Assembly: GCA_964435735.1 (NCBI GenBank)
Contig: CAYSZZ010000015.1
Location: forward strand, 5,002 to 69,001
From: an uncultured Propionibacteriaceae bacterium
GTDB taxonomy: Bacteria; Actinomycetota; Actinomycetes; Propionibacteriales; Propionibacteriaceae
DNA length: 64,000 nucleotides
Direction of reading: 5' to 3'
This document shows positions 19,064 through 28,036 of this stretch, piece after piece. The translations under genes and the position numbers were made by a program. Positions within the stretch are counted from its first letter, which is position 1. Each line of letters starts with the position of its first letter. The notes beneath the pieces were generated by a model that saw only the letters and a list, made by a program, of their open reading frames with translations, made no database searches and was not told the DNA's origin.

Positions 19064-19897
19064 TTACTGCTCCAGCTCGTCTGAGGTCACGAAGTCGATC
19101 AGCCGCTCCACCTCGCGCGGCAGCGCCGGATCCAGGTCGCGCCAGGTGCGCACCCGTCCCAGCAGCCACTGCCAGGTGGCGGCGATGTCGGCCTGGTCAC
19201 GGGCCGGGCGGCCCAGCGCGCGGCTCAGCCCGGTCTTGTAGTCCTGGCCACGGGGGATCTCGGGCCAGGCGCCCAGACCGGCCCGCTCCGGCTTGATGGC
19301 CGACCAGATGTCGATGAACGGATGGCCGGTGACCAGCACGTGCTCGCTCCGAATCTGATCGACGATCCGGGTCTCCTTGCTGCCGCTGACCAGGTGGTCG
19401 ACCAGGACGCCGAGCCGCCGGCCCGGTTCCGGACGGAAGTCGCCGACGATCGCGGGCAGGTCGTCGATGCCTCCGAGATACTCCACGACGACGCCTTCGA
19501 GCCGCAGGTCGTCGCCCCAGATCCGCTCGACCAGTTCGGCGTCGTGCCGTCCTTCGACGTAGATCCGGGAGGCGCGGGCCACCCTTGCCGGCGCGCCGGT
19601 CACGATCCGGGAACCGGCCGCGTTGTGGGTGGGTGCTGCCGGACGGGAACGCCGTGGCGGGATCAGGCTGACCGGCTCGCCGTCCACCCAGAACCCTGGG
19701 CCGAAGGGAAAGCTCCGGCGGGCGCCCCTACGATCCTCGAGCACGACCAGCCCGTTCTCCCAGCGCACCACGGCGCCGACGAAGCCGGAGCTGGGATCCT
19801 CGACCACCAGGCCGACCTCGACCGGCGTCTCGACCGACGAGCGCTGATTCGCCCGTTGCCAGCCAGGCGTCAGCACATCGCGGGGGTAGCGGGTCAC
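19064..19897 (-). CDS. DUF3097-family protein
   Basis: GLVVED..GFVGAVVR, RVARASRIYVEGRHDAELVERIWGDDLRLEGVVVE, LGVLVDHLVSGSKE; TAGGGT-N7-GTG start at 19897. Confidence 0.85.
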   Translation of the reverse strand: MTRYPRDVLTPGWQRANQRSSVETPVEVGLVVEDPSSGFVGAVVRWENGLVVLEDRRGARRSFPFGPGFWVDGEPVSLIPPRRSRPAAPTHNAAGSRIVTGAPARVARASRIYVEGRHDAELVERIWGDDLRLEGVVVEYLGGIDDLPAIVGDFRPEPGRRLGVLVDHLVSGSKETRIVDQIRSEHVLVTGHPFIDIWSAIKPERAGLGAWPEIPRGQDYKTGLSRALGRPARDQADIAATWQWLLGRVRTWRDLDPALPREVERLIDFVTSDELEQ

Positions 19898-20104
19898 GGC
19901 AGTCACCCTAAGTCCGCCAGGCCGCCGTCCGGCGACCGTAGTGCACAGTGAGATCCGGGAGTAGCCGAGCCCGGAGCGTGCCTCGCACCGGCTGGATGAT
20001 CCTGCCACCGCCACGGGGATGTCCCCGCGGCCGCCGCAGGGTGCGCTCAGCGTGCAGGGATCGCCGGCGGCGATCAGCCAATGCCGACGGCGTAGGCTCA
20101 TCCC

Positions 20105-21088
20105 ATGCGTGCGGTGATGGCCCGGGAGCCGGGCGGAGCGGAAGTGCTGGAGTACGTCGACCTTCCCGAGCCACGACCCGGGCCTGGACAACTGCTGGTG
20201 CGGGTGGCGGCGGCCGGGGTCAACTTCATCGACACCTACCGGCGGTCGGGGATCTACCCGATGCCCTTCCCGCACGTGGTCGGCTCCGAGGGGGCCGGCG
20301 AGATCGTGGCGGTGGGAGAGGACTCCGCAGGTTTTGCGATCGGCGATCGGGTGAGCTGGGACAACGCACCCGGCTCCTACGCCGAACTGGCGCTGGTCTC
20401 CGCGTCCGGTGCGGTGAGACTCCCCGACGGGATCGACCCGGTCGCAGCGGCCGCGCTGCCGCTGCAGGGCATGACCGCGCACTACCTGGTCCGCTCCACC
20501 TTCGAGATCCGTTCGGGTCACGACGCGCTGCTGCATGCCGGAGCCGGCGGGGTCGGACTGCTGGCCACCCAACTGGCCGCCGCTCATGGCGCACGCGTCA
20601 TCACGACGGTGGGCTCGGCTGAGAAGGCCGAACTCTCCCGGGGTGCCGGAGCGGCGGAGGTGATCGACTACTCCACACTCATGGATCTGACTGCCGAACT
20701 GCCGCCGCTGGTGAAGGAACTGACCGGCGGGGCGGGTGTTCATGTTGTCTATGACGGCGTCGGGCGTTCCACCTTCGACGCATCGCTGGCCTCGCTGCGC
20801 CGACGCGGCACGCTGGTGCTGTTCGGCGGCGCCTCCGGCCAGGTGCCGCCGTTCGACCTGCAACGACTCAACTCCGGCGGCTCGCTCTACGTCACCCGTC
20901 CGACCCTGGCCCACTACACCGCCTCCCGCGAGGAGATCGAGTGGCGGATGGGCGAGTTGCTGGAGGCTGTGCTGGAGGGCACGCTCACGCTGCGGATCGG
21001 TGCCCGCTACCCGCTGGCCGAAGCCGCCGAAGCGCACCGCGCCCTGGAGGGCCGGCGGACCACCGGCAAGGTGCTCCTGATTCCCTGA
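20105..21088 (+). CDS. qor: NADPH:quinone oxidoreductase (zeta-crystallin/MDR family)
   Basis: AAGVNFIDTY, GSEGAG, HAGAGGVG, VVYDGVG, RRTTGKVLL; TAGGCT-N6-ATG. Confidence 0.88.
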   Translation: MRAVMAREPGGAEVLEYVDLPEPRPGPGQLLVRVAAAGVNFIDTYRRSGIYPMPFPHVVGSEGAGEIVAVGEDSAGFAIGDRVSWDNAPGSYAELALVSASGAVRLPDGIDPVAAAALPLQGMTAHYLVRSTFEIRSGHDALLHAGAGGVGLLATQLAAAHGARVITTVGSAEKAELSRGAGAAEVIDYSTLMDLTAELPPLVKELTGGAGVHVVYDGVGRSTFDASLASLRRRGTLVLFGGASGQVPPFDLQRLNSGGSLYVTRPTLAHYTASREEIEWRMGELLEAVLEGTLTLRIGARYPLAEAAEAHRALEGRRTTGKVLLIP

Positions 21089-21090
21089 GG

Positions 21091-21798
21091 TCAGGCGGCG
21101 CCGAGGTAGGCGCGACGGACACGGTCGTCTCGCAGCAGCGTTCGTCCGGTGTCGGAGAACGCGATCGACCCGGTCTCCAGGACGTATCCCCGGTCTGCCA
21201 GGGAGAGCGCCGCCTGGGCGTTCTGCTCCACCAGCAGGATGGTCACCCCCTCGGAGCGCAACTCCTTGATCGTGCGCATGATGGTCTGGGTCATGATCGG
21301 GCTGAGCCCCATGGACGGCTCATCCAGCATCAGCAGTTTGGGCCGGCTCATCATCGCCCGTCCGATCGCCAGCATCTGCTGCTCGCCGCCGGAGAACAGC
21401 CCGGCCGGCTGATGCCGTCGCTCACTGAGCACCTCGAACAGGCCGTAGACCCGTTCCATGTCGGCCCGCACCCCGGCAGCATCCTTGCGTGAGAAGGCGC
21501 CGAGCCTCAGGTTGTCCTCCACCGACATCCGGCGGAACAACCGGCGACCCTCCGGGGAGTGCGCGATCCCACGTTCGACCACCTGGTGCGCCGGCAGGGT
21601 GTCGATGCGGTCGCCCTCGAACCAGACCTCGCCGGAGACCGGCTTCAGCAGGGACGAGATGGTGCGCAGGGTGGTCGACTTGCCTGCGCCGTTGGTGCCC
21701 AGCAGGGTGACGATCTGTCCCTGCTCGACCGTGAACGAGATGCCCTTGACCGCGGTCACCCGGCCGTAGGCGACCACCAGGTCCTTCACCTCAAGCAT
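21091..21798 (-). CDS. livF: Branched-chain amino acid ABC transporter ATPase (LivF-like)
   Basis: GTNGAGKS, SPEGRRLF, FSGGEQQMLAIGRA, LDEPSMGL. Confidence 0.9.
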   Translation of the reverse strand: MLEVKDLVVAYGRVTAVKGISFTVEQGQIVTLLGTNGAGKSTTLRTISSLLKPVSGEVWFEGDRIDTLPAHQVVERGIAHSPEGRRLFRRMSVEDNLRLGAFSRKDAAGVRADMERVYGLFEVLSERRHQPAGLFSGGEQQMLAIGRAMMSRPKLLMLDEPSMGLSPIMTQTIMRTIKELRSEGVTILLVEQNAQAALSLADRGYVLETGSIAFSDTGRTLLRDDRVRRAYLGAA

Positions 21799-22594
21799 CG
21801 CCGTCCTCCTCGTCGACCAGATCAGGAGTGCCGAGATAGGCCTCGATCACCCGGGGGTCGTTCTGCACCTCGGTGGCGCTGCCCTCGACCAGCACCGTTC
21901 CCCGCACCAGGCAGCACACCCGGTCGCACAGGTTGAAGATGAACTTCATGTCGTGCTCGATCACCAGGATCGCCATGCCGAGATCGCGGATCCGGAAGAT
22001 CAGGTCCTCGGCCTCGCGGGTCTCCTGCGGGTTCATCCCGGCGGTCGGCTCGTCCAGCAGCAGCAGGGTGGGATCGGTGGCGAGAGCCCGTGCGATCTCG
22101 AGCCGGCGCTGATCGCCGTAGGGCAGGTTCCGGGAGAGCACGTCTGCTGCGTTGCCGAGCCCCACGAACTCCAGCAGTTCGCGGGAGCGTGCGGTGGCCT
22201 CGACCTCCTCATGCCGGTGCCGTGGCAACCGCAGCACCGCGTCGATCGCGTTCGCCTTGGTGCGGGTGTAGCGGCCCACCATGACGTTCTCCAGCGCGGT
22301 CATGTTGTGGAACAGCCGGATGTTCTGGAACGTCCGGGCCATCCCCGCGCGAACCACGAGCCGGGATCTGGCCGGCAACGGCTCACCCCGAAAGGCGATG
22401 TTGCCGGCGGTTGGCCGGTACAGGCCGGTCAGGCAGTTGAAGAAGGTCGTCTTGCCGGCTCCGTTGGGTCCGATCAGGCCGACGATCTCGCCGGCGTGCA
22501 CCTGCAGGCTGACGTCGCTGACCGCCTTCAGTCCGCCGAACTGCATGGTGACATCGCGGGCGTCCAGCAACAGGGACTGATCGATCGTGGTCAC
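21791..22594 (-). CDS. livG: Branched-chain amino acid ABC transporter ATPase (LivG-like)
   Basis: FGGLKAV, GPNGAGKTT, ARTFQNIRLF, LPYGDQRRLEIARA; GTG start overlaps the livM TGA. Confidence 0.9.
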   Translation of the reverse strand: MTTIDQSLLLDARDVTMQFGGLKAVSDVSLQVHAGEIVGLIGPNGAGKTTFFNCLTGLYRPTAGNIAFRGEPLPARSRLVVRAGMARTFQNIRLFHNMTALENVMVGRYTRTKANAIDAVLRLPRHRHEEVEATARSRELLEFVGLGNAADVLSRNLPYGDQRRLEIARALATDPTLLLLDEPTAGMNPQETREAEDLIFRIRDLGMAILVIEHDMKFIFNLCDRVCCLVRGTVLVEGSATEVQNDPRVIEAYLGTPDLVDEEDGDA

Positions 22595-24321
22595 TGGTCT
22601 CCCTTCGGGTCGGGGTTGTAGTGGGCGTGCCACCGGATCAGATCCTCCTCGACCTCCTCGGCCAGTTCGGTGTCGTCCTCATGGAACTCCAGCTGGCGAC
22701 GCTCGTCGGCGATGATGCCTTCGGGCCGGAACCGCATCATGAAGACCATCAGCAGGCCGAACAGCAGCAGTCGGTACTCCGAGAAGAACCGCAGCTTCTC
22801 GGGCAGCACCTTGAGGATCGTGGCGCCGATCAGAACGCCCATCACCGTGCCCATGCCGCCCAGCACGACGGCCGCGACCAGGAAGGCGGACTCCAGGAAC
22901 ACGTACTGCTCGGGCACCACCGAGGTGTCCATGTGCGCCTTGACGGTACCGGCCACACCGGCCAGGAAGGCCCCGCCGGCGAAGGCCAGCAGTTTCAGCG
23001 AGAAGGTGTTGACGCCCATCGCCTCGGCAGCCAGTTCGTCCTCCCTGATGGCCACCCAGCCGCGGCCGATCCGGGAACGGTTGAGGTTGGTGAACACCAC
23101 GATGATGAACGCCATCACGATCAGCATCAGCCAGAAATAGTTCGCGAACCGTCCGGTCTCGATGCCGAAGAAGTGCTGCGGCTGACCGAAGTCGAAGCCG
23201 AGGAAGTTCAGATTAGGGATGCCCGGGATGCCGTTGGGGCCGTGGGTAAGATCCGGGCCGTCATTGCCGTCCAGGTTGCGCATCGCCAGCCGGAAGATCT
23301 CACCGAAGGCGAGCGTGACGATCGCCAGGTAGTCACCCGACACCCGCAGCGTGGGCGAGCCGATCAGCAGGCCGAGCAGAGCCGCCACGGTGCCCGCGAG
23401 CAACGCGGTGACCAGGAAGGGCGGGCTCCAGCCGATCGTGGAGAAGGCCGACTCCGACAGCATCGCCGCGGTGAACGCGCCCGCGCCCAGGAAGGCGATG
23501 TAGCCCAGGTCCAGCAGCCCCACCAGGCCGATCACGATGTTCAGTCCCAAGGCGGTGGCAGCGAACACGAGCACCTGCGCGGCGATCGACATGTTGGCAT
23601 CCGAGCCGCCCTGGGTGAACGGGAACATGAAGGCGGTGAAGAAGGCCGCCAGCACCATCACCTTGTTGTTCAGCGCGATGACCGTGGCGAACCACCCGAA
23701 GACACCGAACTCCTTCAACGCCAGGATCAGCGTCACGATCATCGCGGTGTAGAGGAAGAACCCGCCGGCGTCGTTCAAGGAGAACAGATAGGCGGCGGCG
23801 AACAGCAGCGCGCCCAGCGCCACGGCGATCGCCAGGATCTGGGTCCACCGCGGCGACTTGAGCTTGCCGAGGGAGGGCTCCGGCGAGGGTGGCAGGATCG
23901 ATCCGCCGATGGCGGCCAGCAGGCTTCCGGCCAGCGCCAGCCACACCCCGGGCTCGGTGTTCACCAGGCCGCCCGCCTCGATCGCGATGGCGACGACCGC
24001 GACCAGGGCGGCGATCGCGGCGCCTGTCGCAGCGGTGTGCGCGGCGCTGTTCCAGCCGACGATCCGCGTCCATTTCTTGAGCCGGACACGTCCCAGGAAC
24101 GGGGTGGCGAACAGCAGTGCGCCGACCAGCGCGAGAGCGAAGAAGTGCCATTGCAGGGGGGACGGCGCCCCCCAATAGGTCATGTCGTCCAGCACCTTGG
24201 CGCGGTACGACCACGGCAGCATCACCGAAACCGTGGCCAGCAGCATGCCCACCACAGCCGCCACACGGGCCGGAATCATCAGCCGCTGCAGCACCGGGTC
24301 GGGAAGCGGGAGCCTGATCAT
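22591..24321 (-). CDS. livM: Branched-chain amino acid ABC permease (LivM-like) with long N-terminal TM extension
   Basis: GLLDLGYIAF, LRVSGDYLAIVTLAFGEI, SRIGRGWVAIREDE, VVLGGMG. Confidence 0.9.
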   Translation of the reverse strand: MIRLPLPDPVLQRLMIPARVAAVVGMLLATVSVMLPWSYRAKVLDDMTYWGAPSPLQWHFFALALVGALLFATPFLGRVRLKKWTRIVGWNSAAHTAATGAAIAALVAVVAIAIEAGGLVNTEPGVWLALAGSLLAAIGGSILPPSPEPSLGKLKSPRWTQILAIAVALGALLFAAAYLFSLNDAGGFFLYTAMIVTLILALKEFGVFGWFATVIALNNKVMVLAAFFTAFMFPFTQGGSDANMSIAAQVLVFAATALGLNIVIGLVGLLDLGYIAFLGAGAFTAAMLSESAFSTIGWSPPFLVTALLAGTVAALLGLLIGSPTLRVSGDYLAIVTLAFGEIFRLAMRNLDGNDGPDLTHGPNGIPGIPNLNFLGFDFGQPQHFFGIETGRFANYFWLMLIVMAFIIVVFTNLNRSRIGRGWVAIREDELAAEAMGVNTFSLKLLAFAGGAFLAGVAGTVKAHMDTSVVPEQYVFLESAFLVAAVVLGGMGTVMGVLIGATILKVLPEKLRFFSEYRLLLFGLLMVFMMRFRPEGIIADERRQLEFHEDDTELAEEVEEDLIRWHAHYNPDPKGDQ

Positions 24322-25277
24322 GCCCGATCCACCACCTTCGCGCCGAGCAGGCCCTGGGGTCGGAACACCAGCACCAGGATCAGCAGCACGAATGCCCAGA
24401 CGTCCTTCCAGGCCGATCCTCCGAACTGACCGGGAACGTAGGCGGTGGCCATCGCCTCGGCTACGCCGAGGACCAACCCGCCCACCACCGCACCGTTGAT
24501 ATTGCCGATTCCGCCCAGGACAGCCGCGGTGAACGCCTTCAGCCCGGCCAGGAAGCCCATCCGGAAGTCGATGTTGGAGTAGCGCAGGCCGTGTGCGACA
24601 CCGGCGATCGCTGCCAGCCCGGCACCGATCGCGAAGGCGGCCATGATCGTCTTGTCGACGTTGATGCCCATCAGCCGGGCGATGTCAGGATCCTGGGAGG
24701 TCGCGATCATCGCTCGTCCGGTCTGGGTGCGATTGACGAAGAACCACAGGAACACCGTGCTGACCACGAGCGCTCCGACGGTGAAGAGCGTTGGGAAGGG
24801 AACAATCACGGTACCGAATTCGAGATTGCGTCCGGAGATTCCCTCGATCGCAGGGAAGGGAATCGCCCGCTTGGAATCGGGGAAGCCGGGAATTCGTCCG
24901 TAAAACAGCCGGATGAACTCCTGCAGGAATACCGATACGCCGATTGCCGAGATCAGCGGCGCCAGCCGCGGCGCGCCACGCAGCGGTCGATAGGCGAACC
25001 GCTCGGTGAGGAGAGCCGTGGTGATGGCCAGCACGATCCCGCCCAGGATCATGAGCGGCAGCAGCACCAGGATCGACATCGTCGCACCCCAGTCCGTGGG
25101 CTGGCCGAGCATCATCCACACCGTGAAGGAGCCGAAGGCCCCCACCATGAAGATCTCGCCATGGGCGAAGTTGATCAGCTGGACGATGCCGTACACCACG
25201 GTATAACCCACCGCGATCAGTGCGTACAGGGAGCCGAGCGATAGTCCGTTGATGAGCTGCTGAAGGAAGTACTCCAC
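24318..25277 (-). CDS. livH: Branched-chain amino acid ABC permease (LivH-like)
   Basis: QQLINGLSLGSLYALIAVGYTVVYG, INFAHGE, GLKAFTAAVLGGIG. Confidence 0.92.
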   Translation of the reverse strand: MEYFLQQLINGLSLGSLYALIAVGYTVVYGIVQLINFAHGEIFMVGAFGSFTVWMMLGQPTDWGATMSILVLLPLMILGGIVLAITTALLTERFAYRPLRGAPRLAPLISAIGVSVFLQEFIRLFYGRIPGFPDSKRAIPFPAIEGISGRNLEFGTVIVPFPTLFTVGALVVSTVFLWFFVNRTQTGRAMIATSQDPDIARLMGINVDKTIMAAFAIGAGLAAIAGVAHGLRYSNIDFRMGFLAGLKAFTAAVLGGIGNINGAVVGGLVLGVAEAMATAYVPGQFGGSAWKDVWAFVLLILVLVFRPQGLLGAKVVDRA

Positions 25278-25325
25278 GCCGTCTGCACCCTCCTGATGGT
25301 GGTTCTGTGGTCACACCGCCGGGCC

Positions 25326-25361
25326 CCGGTCGGCGCCCGTCCCGCGACGGGCACCGACCGG
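25326..25361 (-). terminator. 16-bp stem-loop between livK and livH (mRNA stabiliser or partial terminator)
   Basis: CCGGTCGGCGCCCGTC-ccgc-GACGGGCACCGACCGG; the single mismatch is a G-U pair on the transcribed strand. Confidence 0.65.
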
Positions 25362-25377
25362 TTGCCTGGAGCTACCC

Positions 25378-26619
25378 TCAGCCCTCGAAGTTGACGACCT
25401 TCTCAGTGACCCAGGACCCACCGGCGACCTTGTAGACCGTGATCGTCCGGGTGATCGTGTCGCCCCACTCGTCGAACTCCACCCGACCGGAGGCGCCATC
25501 GAAGGCGACATCGTTCATCGCGGCGACGATCGCCTCACGAGCCGACTTGGCGTCGGCCGCGGACGGCAGGACCACCTTCAGTGCCTCGACGATCGCGTTG
25601 GCGGCGTCGTAGGACATCGGGCCGTAGGCGGCGTAGGGCTCGGCGAAGCCCGCTGCGGCGTAGGCTGCGATGAAGTCCGCCGCGGAGGGCAGTTCCTCCG
25701 GCGGGGCGCCCACCGAGGTGGCGAGGTCGCCGTCGGAGCCGCTACCGGCGAGTTCGATGAAGGTCGGGTCGAAGATGCCGTCGCCACCCATCAGCGGGAC
25801 GTTCAGGCCGTTGGCCTTCATCTGGTTCGAGAGCGGGCCACCCGAGGGGTACTCGCCCCCGAAGTAGACCACCTCAGGGCCGGCCGCCTTGATGGTGGTG
25901 ACCACCGATGAGTAGTCGCTGGCATCGGCATCGATCGACTCGGCCGCGACGATCTCGCCACCGCCACCGGTGAAGGCCTCACTGAAGGCCGCCGCCAGAC
26001 CCTGGCCGTAGGTGCCCTTGTTGTGGACGGTCGCGACCTTCTTGATACCGCTGTCGAGCAGGTACTGAGCGGCCACCGGACCCTGAATGGCGTCGGTGGT
26101 GGCGGTGCGGAAGTAGTTCGCATTGGGTCGAACCGGGTTGGCCGGATCGGCCCCGACGGTCAGCGTCGGGTTGGTGTTCGCCGGGGAAACCTGGACGATG
26201 TGTGCGGCGTCCAGGATCGGGATCACGCTCTGCGCGACGCCGGAGTTCAGCGTGCCGACGACGCCGACGACGTCATCGTCCGCGGCCAAGGAGGTCGCCG
26301 CGTTGGCGCCGACGTCCGGCTTGGCCTCATCGTCCATCGCGACCAGCTCCAGGGTCCAGCCCGGAATCGCGCCGGCCGCGTTCGCCTGGTCGATGGCCAA
26401 CTGCGCGGAGTTCCGCATGCCGGTGCCCAGCGCGGAAAGGCCGCCGGTGAGCGGGGCGATGAACCCGATCTTGGCGACCTTGTTGTCGGCTGGCGCTGGG
26501 GCGGCGCTGTCGCCGGTGGGCCCGGGCGCGGGGGTCGGCTCTCGTGAGCCACAGCCCGCCAGGGTCAACGACGCCGCCAGGATCGCAGCGCCGACCAGTT
26601 TGATGGTGGTCTTGTTCAC
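25378..26619 (-). CDS. livK: Branched-chain amino acid ABC substrate-binding lipoprotein (LivK/LivJ-like)
   Basis: Lipobox LAGC; KIGFIAPLTG, DDEAKPD, VVGTLNSG, FRTATTDAIQG. Confidence 0.9.
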   Translation of the reverse strand: MNKTTIKLVGAAILAASLTLAGCGSREPTPAPGPTGDSAAPAPADNKVAKIGFIAPLTGGLSALGTGMRNSAQLAIDQANAAGAIPGWTLELVAMDDEAKPDVGANAATSLAADDDVVGVVGTLNSGVAQSVIPILDAAHIVQVSPANTNPTLTVGADPANPVRPNANYFRTATTDAIQGPVAAQYLLDSGIKKVATVHNKGTYGQGLAAAFSEAFTGGGGEIVAAESIDADASDYSSVVTTIKAAGPEVVYFGGEYPSGGPLSNQMKANGLNVPLMGGDGIFDPTFIELAGSGSDGDLATSVGAPPEELPSAADFIAAYAAAGFAEPYAAYGPMSYDAANAIVEALKVVLPSAADAKSAREAIVAAMNDVAFDGASGRVEFDEWGDTITRTITVYKVAGGSWVTEKVVNFEG

Positions 26620-26696
26620 ATCTCCTCCTCGGGTCCAGTGGCGGCGCCACTGACACGGTTGAGCTACTCAGAGCACGCACATCGAAGCACCGATTT

Positions 26697-26723
26697 GTCT
26701 CGTCCTTGTTACAGCGGTGTCTC
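26697..26723 (-). promoter_or_regulatory. GlnR-like box (three pentamers at 11-bp period) upstream of livK
   Basis: Minus strand GAGAC-n6-GTAAC-n6-GAGAC, close to the actinobacterial gTnAc-n6-GaAAc GlnR consensus. Confidence 0.45.
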
Positions 26724-26775
26724 GACCAATCGCTCGTTAGCAAATCGTTGCGATTGCCGGCCGATGCGAATGCTC

Positions 26776-26791
26776 TGTGAGGAGTCACACA
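26776..26791. promoter_or_regulatory. CRP/GlxR-like site upstream of livK
   Basis: TGTGA-GGAGTC-ACACA, one mismatch to TGTGA-N6-TCACA. Confidence 0.35.
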
Positions 26792-26827
26792 ATCATCGCA
26801 GCGCTGCTTCCGCCAGACCTGACGCCG

Positions 26828-28033
26828 CTATTGGAGAAGATTGCGGATCACCCAGTCGGCCAGCAGCCGGCCCTGTTGGCTCAGCCGGAGCCGTCCGTCG
26901 TCAAGGAATCCCACCCCGGATTCGATCATCGCGGGCACCCGCTCGCGCTCGTCGGGGGTCAGCACGGCGAGGTCCAGGCCGTCCGCCAGCCGCAGTTCCA
27001 GCATCACCCGCTCCACCCGCCGGTCTTCGCCGGCAAGGACTTCACGGGCCTCTGCGGGGGTCTCCGAGGCGGCCAGCCGGGCGCTGTAGCGGGCCGGGTG
27101 GCGCAGGTTCCACCAGCGCACCCCGCCGATGTGGGAGTGGGCGCCGGGGCCGATCCCCCACCAGTCGTGGCTGCGCCAGTAGGCGAGGTTGTGGCGGCAT
27201 TGGTGGCCCGGACGGGCCCAGTTGCTCACCTCGTACCAGGCCAGGCCCGCATCGGACGCCGCCTGGTCCGCCATCTGGTAGTAGTCGGCCTGCAGGTCGT
27301 CGTCGGTGGACGGCAACTCGCCGCGCTTGATCCGGGCGGCCAACCGGGTGCCGGGCTCGACGATCAGCGAGTAGGCCGAGAGATGATCGGGTTCGAGAGC
27401 GAGCGCCGCGCTGAGACTGGCGCGCCAGTCCTCGGCGGACTCGCCGGGGCTGCCGTAGATCAGGTCCAGACTGAGCGAGTCGAATCCGGCCTCGCGCGCC
27501 CACCCGACGACCTGCGCGACCCTGCCGGGAGTGTGGCGACGGTCGAGCACCGCCAGGACGTGGTTCACGCTGGACTGCATGCCCAACGAGAGGCGGTTGA
27601 ATCCGCCCCCCGCCAGTGCGGCCAGGTAGTGGGCGTCGACCGACTCGGGGTTGGCCTCGGTGGTGATCTCCGCGTCGGCCGCGAGCGGGAACCGGTCACG
27701 AACGGCGTCCAGCAGGCCGACCAGTTCCGCGTGCGCCAACAGGGTCGGGGTGCCGCCCCCGAAGAAGACCGTCTGTACCTCACGCGGGCCGAGGATCCCG
27801 GCCGCGAGGTCGAGTTCGGCGCGCACCGCGTCCAGGTACCCGCGCTGGCTGGCGCCGGGGGCCGAACCCAGCTCCGCCGCGGTGTAGGTGTTGAAGTCGC
27901 AGTAGCCGCAGCGGGTGGCGCAGAACGGCACGTGCAGATAGAGGCTGAAGGGTGCCCGTGCCGCCAGCGCCCCGGCCGGCAGCGATCCGTCGACCGGTGC
28001 CGGGTCGCCGGGTGGTGGCGAGGACGGCGCCAT
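26828..28033 (-). CDS. hemW: Radical SAM heme chaperone HemW
   Basis: YLHVPFCATRCGYCDFN, FFGGGTPT, HNLAYW motif; downstream of lepA. Confidence 0.92.
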   Translation of the reverse strand: MAPSSPPPGDPAPVDGSLPAGALAARAPFSLYLHVPFCATRCGYCDFNTYTAAELGSAPGASQRGYLDAVRAELDLAAGILGPREVQTVFFGGGTPTLLAHAELVGLLDAVRDRFPLAADAEITTEANPESVDAHYLAALAGGGFNRLSLGMQSSVNHVLAVLDRRHTPGRVAQVVGWAREAGFDSLSLDLIYGSPGESAEDWRASLSAALALEPDHLSAYSLIVEPGTRLAARIKRGELPSTDDDLQADYYQMADQAASDAGLAWYEVSNWARPGHQCRHNLAYWRSHDWWGIGPGAHSHIGGVRWWNLRHPARYSARLAASETPAEAREVLAGEDRRVERVMLELRLADGLDLAVLTPDERERVPAMIESGVGFLDDGRLRLSQQGRLLADWVIRNLLQ

Positions 28034-28036
28034 GCC

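Noticed and set aside
19907-20104. Possible sRNA or riboswitch between DUF3097 and qor
   Set aside because: Both flanking promoters are accounted for; only short GC-rich stems and no recognisable Rfam motif.
24780-24960. Locally lower GC within livH
   Set aside because: Short, in frame and encoding a variable loop; no mobility signals.
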